Shown here in pieces: positions 52,111 through 64,000 of a DNA stretch of 64,000 bases; position 1 is the stretch's first letter, and each line of letters starts with the position of its first letter. The position numbers and the translations under genes are program-made. Below the pieces are notes generated by a model. That model was given only the letters and a program-made list of their open reading frames with translations. It had not been told where the DNA came from and made no database searches. Source of the stretch: Octopus bimaculoides (lineage: Eukaryota); assembly GCF_001194135.2 (NCBI RefSeq), contig NC_069004.1:22124460-22188459 (forward strand). Direction: 5' to 3'.

Positions 52111-53859
52111 CTTGACAGTTATATTTTTTACTGGCATTCCATTGGTTATGACAAGTGTTCCAGTCCAATGGAACAACCTGCTCATTATATTAACATGCAA
52201 GTGGCTGAGCACTCCATAGACACATGTACCACTTAACATAGTTCTCAGAGAAATCTAGCATGACACAAAATGTGACAAGGTTGGCTCTTTGAATTACAGG
52301 TACAACTCATTTTTGCTAGCTAAGTGTACTGGTGCAACGTGAAATAAAATGTCTTGCTCAAGGACGCATTGTGCCACTGGGAATTGAACTCATGACCTTA
52401 TGAGCATGAGCTGAATACCCTAACTACCAAGCCATGTGCCCTCACTAGAGCAATCTGAATGCAAAAGTGTTAAGAAGGGTTTTTACTAGTTAGTTGTTTA
52501 AGCTATGTATGATCAAAGATATTCAAATAATTGTCTATCTAGGACTACATGATTTAGTGTGCCTTCCTTCTCTTTTTGAAGATGATTGGGTGTGGTTTGA
52601 GGGATATGTGGCTGCTATTTAAAGATAGTAGAATTAACGTGGGACCTGTTATCAGTTGATTTTGATAGAATCAAAACCAAATACATTGTTTGACAGAAGT
52701 CTTCAGTCAGGTATGATGGAACCAAGACTTAAACTGTTGCGTTTGACAGAAGATATCACCAGTTGTATTTGGTGAAGTCAAGACTAAACAACTTGTGTTT
52801 TGACAGAAACTACCATCACATACAAATGCACATGGCTGAGTGGTTAAGTTGAAGTGACACTTCATTTCATGTTACTCCGGTCCCACTTTCGATCAGTGGA
52901 AATGGTTGGTCTGCTTGCCTTGCCAGCAGGGTGACATGATTCAAAGAACAAAACAAAGCAAAGTGTATTGTGACCAGTGATGTGTAACAACATCTGATAG
53001 TCTGGCCAGTCACATGATCACATGAACACACACACACTCATATACATACATATCCATACATAAATACATACACACATATATATGTACAAATATATACCCA
53101 TACATATACACACACAACATATAAATACACCTGTATACATACAATGAGCTTCCATCTACATGGTTGGTTTGAGTTATAGTAGAAAACTTTTGTTCAAAGT
53201 GTCATGCAAATGAGATTGAACCTGAAATCACCTGGTTGAAAAGCAAATTTCTTAACACAGCCTGCACCTCTAAAAAAGCAGGATGATCATTTTCGAAACA
53301 CCTTGGATCAGAATTGATTTGCGGCTAAACAATGTCTTTTACAGAGTGAATTGTACCTCCTCATGCTACCTATTTGTATCTTGATAAAAGAGCCGTTTGA
53401 ATCTTTTATTTTTCACCTTTTACTTGTCTTAGTCATTTTTAATTGAATAAAGCAACCCTTTTTTTAAAGTCTGGTGCTTATTCTATCAATCTCTTTTTGT
53501 CGAACTGCTAAGTTACAGGTATGTAAACACACAAACACCAGTTGTCAAGTGGTGGGAGACAAACATGCACATAGACACACATGTGCACACATATATATAA
53601 ATAAATAAATATGGGATTCTTTCAGTTTCCGTGTACCAAATCCACTCACATGGCCCAAGGTTATTGAAGAAAACACTTGCCTAAAGTGCAACACAGTGGA
53701 ACTGAACCTGGAATCACATGGTTGAAATGTGAGCTTTTTACCATACAACTGGGCATGAAATACTATCTCTGACCAGTTGTCCAACATACATTGAACAACT
53801 GAGAATACTCAGTAATGTATGGATGAATGCATTTGTGCATCTCCTCCTCCTCCTCATCA

Positions 53860-54090
53860 TCATTTTAATGTCTACATTTCCATGCTTGCATGGATCTAAT
53901 GTAGTTTATTGAGAGGAGTTTTCTACGGCCAGGTGACCTTCCTGTCACCAACCTTCACCCGTTTCCAAGCAAGGTAATATTTCCCCATGGCCAGACATGT
54001 TTTTCACGAAAGACTGGAAATGAACAATATCATCTGTATGGTGATGCTCGTTTACAACCATCATGTGGTGCCAGAACAAAGGTATGCACA
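53860..54090 (-). mobile_element. Family D, variant of family C
   Basis: tttccatgcttgcatgg...ccaagcaaggtaatatttcccc motif, also at about 790-1110, 3760-3965, 6825-7085, 14340-14525, 37065-37275 and 59125-59310. Confidence 0.7.
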
Positions 54091-54105
54091 AACACACACA
54101 CACAC

Positions 54106-54158
<53 letters not shown>

Positions 54159-54575
54159 AAATCCACTCGTGTTTGAATGCATGTATCTGTCTATGTCTAC
54201 AATTTTGTGTGCATATGTACTTATGTATTTCTCTTTGTATATATCAATTTGTAGAAGTGCTTATGTATGCTTGTGTCTATGTATCTGTTTGTATGGCAAC
54301 AAAAATTAGCTAACAGAACATTGGTTATTGGCAGCAGATATAAAACATCTGTTTCAGGCACCAACCAAAGTCTGCAATGCTACATTAAACAAATGTAACA
54401 TTTATGTTGATAATTCTATTGAGATTGGAATGGTGTTGTACAGATGTTTAAAGCTTGGATATATAGACAGACAAAGAGTAAAAGATAGATAGATAGAAAC
54501 ATAGAGAAATATAGGTTGACAGATAAACATATATAGATGGACAGATAGATACATAGAGGGAGGGAGGGAGGGAGA

Positions 54576-54626
<51 letters not shown>

Positions 54627-56783
54627 AATAAATAAGTTGCTAGACAGAGAGAGAGAGAGGACAGGTAGACAAAACAGAAAGACATACAATGGATAGAGAT
54701 AGACAACACAATACACACACACACATAGGAACATAGAGAAAGACGGAGAGTAAGAAGCACTGAAATAGGGAATTATTTGGCAGAGCTATACCTATAAAGC
54801 ATTCTCTTATGAACATTTTAACTATTTCTGCTGTGTGTAAAGATGATAATGGATTAAGTCATTAAATACATTTAAATGAAATTGTACTAGAGAATGAAGA
54901 GTGCACATATTGCTGTTGATATATTTAGGATAGCAGAAGGACTGGAGGCAGATGTTAATCAATACAGAATAGGTTGGGATTGATCCTTGGAACAATTTTT
55001 AAATAATCCAAGTTTCTCATTGTAGCTACTTCACATACAGATTATGAGAACAAGTTGATCAGTGAAATCCTTCAGATGGTTATACCAAAACCTAATTTTC
55101 TAAAAACAATTTCAATTTCTGATGAAGAATAAATTTTAAAATCTTTAATTTTAAAATTAAAATCAAGAATAAATTTCAGAATCTATCTCAGTTTAAGATA
55201 AAGTATTCCATGTTATTACATGTATAGTAAGAGACAAATAAAAATGTTGGCAACAGGAAAGTTAACCAGCTGTAAAACACTGCCTCAAAAAACCATCTAC
55301 ATTGTGGTAACAACTGTCCCCACTTAAATGTAGATGTTGTATGAGAACAAATGTTACTGCGGTAGTTACCATGAGAAAAACTCTCATATTGGCTTTATAT
55401 TGAAAGTGGGGAGATAAATCGCTTCCATCTCCAGTGATAAAACCACTAGATCATGTGATTTCAACCTTTCTTGGTCTTATCAATGATCAATGATGTTATT
55501 AATGTCTTATCAATGTCATCTGCATTGTGTTTCAAAGTCCCACATTGGACTTGAACTAGAAGCTTTTACTTCAAAATTATCTATAGATGTTCCCCCATTT
55601 GAAAATATTCAGTAAGATTAAATGCCCAAACAGACCATTGTCTTCATCAACTCAACAGAGATTTTGGTACTGATGAAACAAGTTAAAATACCAGTAATTA
55701 GCACAAGAAATGAAATCTCCACTGAACCAAATAGAAACCAATATATGAATATGTATTGGTTGCTTTATCATTTGGTGTTGCTTATATTTTACTACAACCA
55801 CCACCATCATCATCATCTTCATCAGCTTTATCTCGTATTTGAGAATTTAGCTTCTTTGCTGAATGCTTCCATCACCACCACCACCACCACCACTACAAAG
55901 ACAAAATGACAATAACAATACTAAACCTGCTACCAGTATGAAACTATCATCATAAAGATTCCCTTCAGTCACAAATGACTATGGGATTGTACCTAGAAAG
56001 TTCCCTTTGTTGGTACAAGTCCAGGTAAAGTTGTTTTGTGGAAGACCAGTAGTCGCCCATGCATACCAGCCTCCCCTCTCCATGCCAAAGGAAAGGCAAA
56101 GACCGATACAGCTTGGTACCAGTGATGTCGCAACTCATTTCTACAGATGAGTGAACTGGAGCAATGTGAAATAAAGTGTCTTGCTCAAGAACACAACACA
56201 GCCTAGTCTGCAAGTCGAACTCACAACCTCACATTTGCAAGCCCAACACTAGGCCATGTCATCACACACAACTATCACCACAACATCAACAACTTTTACC
56301 ACCACAAACATCAACTGTCACCACTACAACAACACTCTTTCTATCACTACCACAACACATCATCAAAAACAAGAACCATTCCCACCATCTTACCTTCACA
56401 ACAAAAACGAACCTCTCTTGCATGCCAGTTTTATATATTTGTTAGATCAATTTCAAAAAGAGCTTAAACTATTCATGTATGCATGCCAAGATTATATAGT
56501 ATAATAAGATTATATACACAATAAGATTATATACACAATAAGATTATATAGCACAAACATACAACACATGTAACATGAATGCATGACTTCCCTATTACAA
56601 ATGAAATTGGGGATAAAAACACTCTAACATAATTTTCTTTTAAACTTTATCAAAGTAAAACTTCCAAAGAGAGACTTGCCTCTTATTCAGTTAATGTCAT
56701 AGAAACTATAGAGAAGAATTAGTTGAGTAAACTGGTTACATCCATGAATAATAATAATAATGGTTTCAAATTTTGCCGCAAAG

Positions 56784-56995
56784 GAGATAGACAGGAAGTC
56801 AAGAAAGCTCTTAACGATGCATGGAGCCCATCATCCACGTACAGACACTGATTGCCTGTACAGGAAGAGAGTAAATGGAGAAAAGGGACTGATAAGTGTG
56901 GAAGACTGTATGCATATTGAACTCAAGAGCTTAATGAGATACCTAGCCCAAAGTAAGGAAACCTTGCTAGTGACAGTTAGGAACAATGGAGCTTG
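56784..56995 (+). mobile_element. Fragment of an RLE-type (R4/Dong or NeSL-like) non-LTR retrotransposon ORF
   Basis: EIDRKSRKLLTMHGAHHPRTDTDCLYRKRVNGEKGLISVED matches the post-RT motif DRKTRKL.TM..A.HP..D.DRLY..R..GGRGL.S.ED; flanked by (AAT)n. Confidence 0.7.
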
Positions 56996-57011
56996 CTGTT
57001 TTAATAATAAT

Positions 57012-57224
57012 AATCCTTTCTACTATACGCACAAGGCCTGAAATTTGGAGGAGGGGACAGTCGATTATATTGACCGCAGTGTTTCACTGGTACTTAATTT
57101 ATCAACTCTAAAAGGATGAGAGGTAAGGTCAACCTTGGTGGAATTTGAACCCAGAACGTAAAGACGGATGAATTGCTGCTAAGCATTTTGCTTGGTGTGC
57201 TAACAATTCTGCCAGCTCGCTGCC

Positions 57225-57273
<49 letters not shown>

Positions 57274-57400
57274 TAATAATAATGCATGCTGGGTGAAATG
57301 CTTAGTGGTATTTTGTCTGTCTTTATGTTCTGAGTTCAAATTCCGCTGAGGTCGACTTTGCTTTTCATCCTTTCAGGGCTTTGTGCCTAGAGTAGAAAAG
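57012..57400. mobile_element. Head-to-head pair of SINE family A copies around an (AAT)n tract
   Basis: Minus copy 57012-57226, (AAT)n 57227-57282, plus partial copy 57284-57400. Confidence 0.8.
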
Positions 57401-57424
57401 AATAATTATAATAATAATAATAAT

Positions 57425-57930
57425 GGCAGTACTAGGCACTGGCTCTCATGGCTTCTGATTGTAACTGAATGGAAGTGCTATGTGTATGTTTTGTCTTGGT
57501 GTAAAAGATGGGCTACAACAAATATTCTTCTCAATACCACAGATCTGCTTGTAAGTTTTTTGACCTTAACCAGTTGAGCAAGTCCTTTGGTTGCTGACAA
57601 CATGAGCATCTCTGATCACGAGCAGAAGTAGTGGGGGAGCATCATATCCATGTGTTGAGAGAAATTCTTTGGGGTTTGAATAATTCACCATTGGAAACAT
57701 GGGTGTTTCATTCAACATCCTTAAACTAGCCTTACCTAGGGACTTAAGTGGGCTCCACCTGCAAGGTCATGCACTGCTTATCTCGATAAAAGATCACCGT
57801 GTCGTGCACATATGGCTGTGATGCATGTGCCTGGTGTACCCTTATCAGATGGGTAGTCATGATGGGTATACTAGGCTTCGTATATTTATAGCTCAGTGTC
57901 ACTCTGATGTCATGTGCTTCTCTCTCAATC
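57425..57930 (+). mobile_element. Family E, (AAT)n-flanked non-coding retroelement segment
   Basis: Shares aattctttggggtttgaataattc...gtacccttatcaga..gtagtcatgatgggtata with 29975-30365 (+) and 18400-18740 (-); the copies at 57425 and 29975 end in aataataat. Confidence 0.75.
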
Positions 57931-59859
57931 AATAATAGTAGTAGTAGTAGTCGTGGCCAGTGCCAGTGTAAACTGAACGAAGCCCGTTGTGTGTGTGTAT
58001 CTACATTTGACCCCAATCACTATTTGACAATCAGTGTTGGTGTGGTTACATCCCCATAACTTAGTGGTTTAGCAAAACAGACCAATAAAAAAATTTAAAA
58101 TAAACACTGGAGCTGATTCAGTCAACTAAAAATTCTTCAAAGTGGTGCCCCAGCATGGCCACAGTCTAATGACTGAAACAAATAAAAGATAAAAGATAAA
58201 TACATTGAAGAGGTGTTTAGACAAAAGCTGTTATTTGTTTTGTTGGGTTGCTGCTGAAAGCTATTTCTTTGGAAACATACCTACTAAGTTCCAAGCAATA
58301 ATATCCATTACTTTCCTTCCATTATTATTTTACTTTGGTGGTGTACTTGACCAATACTTTATTTTCCATCTCCCTCCACTTGAAGGCCATCTTGACCTCA
58401 GCATTATTTGAACTCAGAGTGTCCAATATGCTAACAGCTTTGCTAATCCACTGCCAAAAATAAACAATGGGTTCACTTTCTCCCTCGGAGATTTGGGGAT
58501 AGCAAGGTTGAAGACCACAAACTGCAAACATACCAGGGAAGGCCATTTCTCTCACTATCTGATAAAAACTTTAAAATAGCAGGCTGCTTTGTCGAAAGAA
58601 ACTTATATATGCAGAATACAGCAGAGAGTGTTTAATTTATTCTCAATTTCACTTGTACACGTAAACCACAAATACAAAAATACAAAAATTTCACAGCATT
58701 AGGAGTGGCAAGGGAGAACAGAACATACTCATACATCATCCTCTCCACTTTGCCAAATAACAGCTATATCATTATATTTCCAATGTGTACTGCCAACACA
58801 CACACACACACACACACACAATTGGCACCAGTCTGGCTGGTCACTAAATGATAATGAAATTTCCAATTTGGATCTTTCTTTCAAACATACTAAAGTGTAC
58901 GCATCATCCAAAACCCTTAGGTAACCAAGATGTTTTAATACAAAAGTAGTTTTCCTCTACTGAATGGCCTCCTTCACAATAATAATTCTAACAGCATGAT
59001 GTGGAATTCTCTTCTTTTTTCTTTTAATAAAATTTATTTCTTAAAAATTCAGTTATTTAATTTTATATTTTCAATTTAAAATGGAAATGTTTGAAAGGAC
59101 ATAAATATATATATATATATATATCATCGTCATCCACTTTTTCATGCTTGCATGGGTCAGAAAGAGTTTATTTGAGGCACATTTTCTTACTTGTTTCCAA
59201 GCAATTTCCTCATGGTCAGGTATGTTCTTGCAGAACATTAGAAGTGAATGACACTGCTTGTAGGACAGTGGCATTCATTTACAACCATCAAAACAAACAG
59301 ACACAACCCATATACATACATATGACAGACTTCTTTCAGTTTCTGTCTACTGAATCCACTCACAAGACCTTCGTCACCCAAAATTATAATAGAAGATAGT
59401 TGCTCAAGCTGCTACACAGTGGGATTGAACCTAGAATCATAGTTGGGAAGCACACCTGTTCAACATGTTTTACCATCTTAGTACACAGGGTGGGAGACAC
59501 TTATCTAAGAAAAAATATGATCAGATGCCCTTTTTGACACTGATACTAACACTGTTTTTCAAGTAAGGGATCTTTTTATTCTACAGGTCTTTGAAAGCAG
59601 AGAACAATCAGTCATAATATCACTGTTTCACTTAGGTGCTGACAAATGAAACCATGCTACATCAACATGCACACACACAATATGATTCCTACAGTTTTTA
59701 TCTACAAAGGCATTAGTTGTCTCCAGGTTATAACAGAAGCCACTCACCCAAGGTGCTATTCAGTGGGTCTGAACCTGGAACCATGCGGTCACAAAGCAAA
59801 TTTCTTAACTACAAAATTGCTGGCCGTGTGTTCAAATAAGAAACCCTCCACCTTCTTAA

Positions 59860-60079
59860 CCCTCTTGCATTTAAACCAGCCATATCTAACCCAAATACTC
59901 TACCTTTTTTATACTCAAACCAGCCAGATCTGGCCTCTCACACCTACCCTACAATGTCACTCTAAAAATATACAATCACAATGTTGAAATTTCAAAGTTA
60001 TCAGATAATGTATGATTAATTCAAAATAATGTGAATAAATAAGCCTTACATTTGACAAAGTAATCTGAATGCTAAAGGG
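59860..60079 (+). mobile_element. piggyBac-like MITE (TTAA target, CCC termini)
   Basis: TTAA|CCCTCTTGCATT ... AATGCTAAAGGG|TTAA, with TTAA at 59856-59859 and 60080-60083. Confidence 0.85.
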
Positions 60080-60394
60080 TTAACTGCAAAGCTAAATATA
60101 TGAATGTATTTTAAGAAATTCCAAGCTGTTTCATAGAGAGATGGTTTACATAGTAAAAGCAAAACCCACAGAACAGGACAGAATTTGATGTTTAAAGGAG
60201 ATGAGTGTAGTTTTAATGTAAACAAAAATAAACAAGGTACCCATAACAAGGCCTTTGTTTATCAGGGTTTGACTACATCTGCATCGGTAAAATTCTTTTC
60301 CAGAATGCAGGTCAGGGTAAAGTTTTTTTAAAATGGAAAACAGGCTGTTGCATATGCAGCAAATCAGTTCTTTCCCTGTGGCCAATATTATCCC

Positions 60395-60605
60395 AGTGAA
60401 TGAGCATGCTGAACAAAATGCTTAGCAGCATTTCATCCATCTTTATGTTTTGAGTTCAAATTATGAAAGGCAAAGTTCAAGATCAACTTTGTCTTTCATC
60501 CTTTCGGGGTCGATAAAATAAGTATCAGTCATACACTGGGACTGATGTAATCAACTTTCGTCTTCTCCCCTGAACTTGCTGGCCTTGTGCCAAAATCTGA
60601 AACCA
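60395..60605 (+). mobile_element. SINE family A copy
   Basis: aaatgcttagc...gagttcaaat...ctttcatcctttcggggtcgataaaataagta...ggccttgtgccaaaatctgaaacc. Confidence 0.8.
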
Positions 60606-61654
60606 TTCTTAACCCAGTGAATGGCAAGAGCTGATACACCAGGTACTAGTGTTATCTCAGATGAATTTCTAACAGAAAGAGCTAAAACAAATGTCGCATT
60701 TATTTTGTTTGATATTCCAAGAATTCTTCCAACCAACTATTCTAGTTTGATATTTTACTTTATCAACTCTGGAAGGTTGAAAGGTAAAGTTGAACATCAA
60801 AAGAATTTTGAATCCAAAGCAGAAAAAGCCAAAAACAAAACTGCCAAATCTCCCTCACATCATACTTATAAAAGGGTAAAGACCACTTTCAGTAATGAAT
60901 GACAATGAGATTGCACCTAGAAAGGCACAAGTCTGGGCAAGGTTGCTTGTGGAAGACCAGCAGTTGCCCATGTATACCAGCCTCCCCTCTCCATGCCACT
61001 GATGTGACCCAAGTGAAAGGCAAAGGCCAATATAGTTTGATACCAGTGACGTTGCAACTCATTTCTACAGCTGAGAGAACTGGAACAACATGAAATAAAG
61101 TGTCTTGCTCAAGAATACAACACACAGCCCAGTCTGGGAATCAAACTCACAACTCCACTTTAATCATTGATCCATGTGCCTTCACCATCTTGCTTATAAC
61201 AGCTTTTAAAAAAAGGAAAGACACATTGGGTAATGTAGTTCTAGGTACACTAAGCCTAAAATGAAAAAGCGTAGGATGATCACAGCATTCAATCATAGGT
61301 TTAATTAATCAATTGATGTTGGGGAATTACAACAAAACTAACTGATAAAGGGGTTACTACATAGTTCTTCTATATATCCTGCTCAAATCACACTTCAACA
61401 TCTTAAACGAGAGAAGGATACATTAAATAATGTAGTCTTATATACTCAAATAAGGATGGGACGGCTACAGATGTAATGGTTTCGAGTTTAGAGCTGCTTG
61501 ATCACACATGGTGCTGAATACCACCACCACCACCACCATCATCGTGTATTCTTTATCAACTACACCATCACCATGATAGTTCCTGCTCCTTTGAGGTATG
61601 TATCATCTCACACAATGCACTCACCTTTTCTGCTCTAGTAATACTTATTGAACA

Positions 61655-61930
61655 TGTCATCACTCCATACTATGTGTCATCACTCCATACTATGTGTCAT
61701 CACTCTTCACTATGCATATTGTCACTCCTCACTAAGGATGTTATTACTTATTCTTGTGTCATCACTNNNNNNNNNNTCATCACTCCATACTATGTGTCAT
61801 CACTCTTCACTATGCATATTGTCACTCCTCACTAAGGATGTTATTACTTATTCTTGTGTCATCACTCCATCCCTGTGTGTCATCACTTTATCCACGCGTG
61901 CCATCACTCTATCCTGTATATCATCACTCC
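61655..61930. repeat. Degenerate approximately 20-bp tandem repeat (tcatcactcc-based) spanning an assembly gap
   Basis: Recurrent gtcatcactc units; about 90 bp duplicated exactly on either side of Ns 61768-61776. Confidence 0.8.
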
Positions 61931-62990
61931 TTATAGTTAATTAAATCAGCACTAGTAGTATACGACTGGTATCATTTTATTTACACCAAAATAATTAAAA
62001 GGCAAAGTTGCCCACAATGGGATATGAACTCAGATCATAAAGGAATGTAACTAAATAACCATAAGCTATTTTGTTCCCAGCTGCATCAATCTTACACTCT
62101 CATGACTAAATAACAAAACAAAAAAACAAACAAACAAGCTAAACCTGTCTCCATAACGTCTGTATAAGATGATTGTATCATTTTGTTCAGTCGTAGGTCA
62201 GTTCCCATCAGACTCGTTTCAGCTATAATTTCCAGATTTTGTTCTTCTTCCCCTCACCCCAGGCACCTTTTCCTTCTTTTTAGATGGCCATTTGGCTACT
62301 ATTTCTAGCTGATTAAGCAATCATGAAGAGGTTCCTTTGTTGACACAGATAACTATTGGTGTTGACAACTGGAACCAAAGTATCTGATGTTTCAGAAACT
62401 TCAGAAATTGCACAATAATCAGCTCACTGGTAACATTCTTTGACTCTAAAAACAAAATATTTCACTAAATAATGATTATAGCTGATAGCAGAGAATGTTG
62501 AAATTGTTAAAATATTTAATGTAAGAAGCAAAAGAACAATACCTTTAAATAATCGTAGCTATAATGATGGGACAAAAACAATTTTCGGGGGGAATCCTCC
62601 AAATATTAAATTACTTGGAAGAGATTAAAACTAATTTCCAAATATATAGTAATACAACTACCAAGTTATACAGAAGACCAAATCAACATAGAATTACCTC
62701 CCCTGGCAGAATCGTTAACGCGTTGAAACAATTCTGGCTCCTTACGTTCATAATCCCGCTGGTTTATTTTGCCTTTCATCCTTTCAGGGTCGATAAATTA
62801 AGTACTAATTAAGCACTCGAGCCGCTGCGATCAGCTAATCCTCCAACCTAAAATTACTAACCTTGAGCCAAAATTATTATTATTATTATCATAAGTACCA
62901 GTTACGCACTGGGTCGATATAATCGACTTAATCCCTTTGTCCTTGTTTGTCCCTTCTATGTTTAACCCCCTGTGGACAATAAAAAAATAA

Positions 62991-63026
<36 letters not shown>

Positions 63027-63226
63027 GGTGGTGAACTGGCAGAATCGTTAGCACGCCGGACGAAATGCTTAGCGGTAATTCGTCTGTCTTCATGTTCAAA
63101 TTCCGCCGAGGTCGACTTTGCCTTTCATCCTTTCGGTGTCGATAAATTAAGTACCAGTGAAACACTGGGTCGACGTAATCGACTAGTCCCCCTTCCTCAA
63201 ATTTCAGGCATTGTGCCTATAGTAGA
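63027..63226 (+). mobile_element. tRNA-derived SINE family A ((ATT)n-associated), least diverged copy
   Basis: A-box TGGCAGAATCG, B-box GTTCAAATTCC, body gtcgactttgcctttcatcctttcgg..gtcgataaattaagtaccag; CpGs retained. Confidence 0.85.
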
Positions 63227-63966
63227 CTTAATCCCTTTGTCTGTCCTTGTTTGTCCCCTCTATGTTTAGCCCTCTGTGGGCAATAAAGAAATAAGAAAGG
63301 ATTTTCATTAATTAATTCATTTGTTTTAAAGTAATGAGTCTAAATAGAATAAATACAACAAAAGAAAATGAAAACGATGACGTCGACGACGAGGATATAA
63401 TATACAATTCTCAGGATATCAATGTGCGTGTTGAGGCGTTACAAAACTTCAGAAGTTACAGAATGAAGGGTTCTTTACGCACAAACTTCAATTCTGAAGT
63501 AATTAAAGACGAAAACGACATTTTTGACGATGGTTCAATAGTTCATTAAAATATAAGTGTAAAAATGAGTTTCAGAACTCCACAAATTATTTGNNNNNNN
63601 NNNATAATCCTTCATGTATAAATGGTACCTTAAGCCAGAAGGATAAAAAGCGAATCTGAGCTCGGAATGATTTGATCTCAGACCGTAAGAAACCGGAACA
63701 AATGCTGCAAGGTATTTTGGCAGGTAATCTAAATTTTAACGTAGGTACAACACAATGAATCCGTGAAAGAGAATATAGTGGAGTATATCAAATGCTAGTA
63801 GGAGAATGGTTACTTTATTTCATCAACGTCTAAGCAAAGTTAAAACATCAAGGGAGGCTAACAACATTTATAGTTATCTCCCCTACCACAGAAATTTGCA
63901 GCTTCGCTTATTTTCTGTTGCTTAACTGCATGTGCGATACTGGTGATCAGAGTTATGATTAAAAAA

Positions 63967-64000
<34 letters not shown>

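Noticed and set aside
56385-56415. AAG|GTAAGA on the minus strand with a T-rich upstream
   Set aside because: AAG acceptor, interrupted pyrimidine tract and low-complexity context; much weaker than 29236.
61668-61870. Exact duplication of about 90 bp that could look like a repeat-spacer array or recent tandem duplication
   Set aside because: The two copies flank a 9-N gap, typical of unmerged contig overlap; no unique spacers, so not CRISPR-like.

Overview
AT-rich, microsatellite- and SINE-saturated eukaryotic genomic DNA. The repeat families resemble those I recognise from octopus, so a cephalopod source is inferred, not proven. It is not prokaryotic: no CRISPR, operons, rRNA or intact tRNA genes. 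The window is almost entirely intronic. It holds one firm coding exon, a 387-nt phase-0/phase-0 exon of the presynaptic active-zone scaffold ELKS/CAST/ERC (Bruchpilot family) on the minus strand (17078-16692). The rest is three TIR-bounded decayed mariners, RTE, R4/Dong-like and Penelope-like retroelement fragments, several MITE families (piggyBac-like TTAA, hAT-like, Merlin-like foldback), at least three tRNA-derived SINE families, microsatellites and eight assembly gaps. Most interesting signals: (1) a textbook recursive splice site (polypyrimidine-CAG|GTAAGT) with a 78-nt stop-containing RS-exon near the middle of a predicted 26-kb intron; (2) a candidate alternative first exon encoding MLSRLW that splices in frame to the ERC exon; (3) a tRNA-headed short element carrying a minimal, dimer-type Penelope-class hammerhead ribozyme; (4) retroelements stacked at (TAA)n microsatellites; (5) a 710-bp foldback element with an exact 8-bp target duplication. 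Repeat boundaries were read by eye and are approximate unless TSDs or splice signals are quoted.
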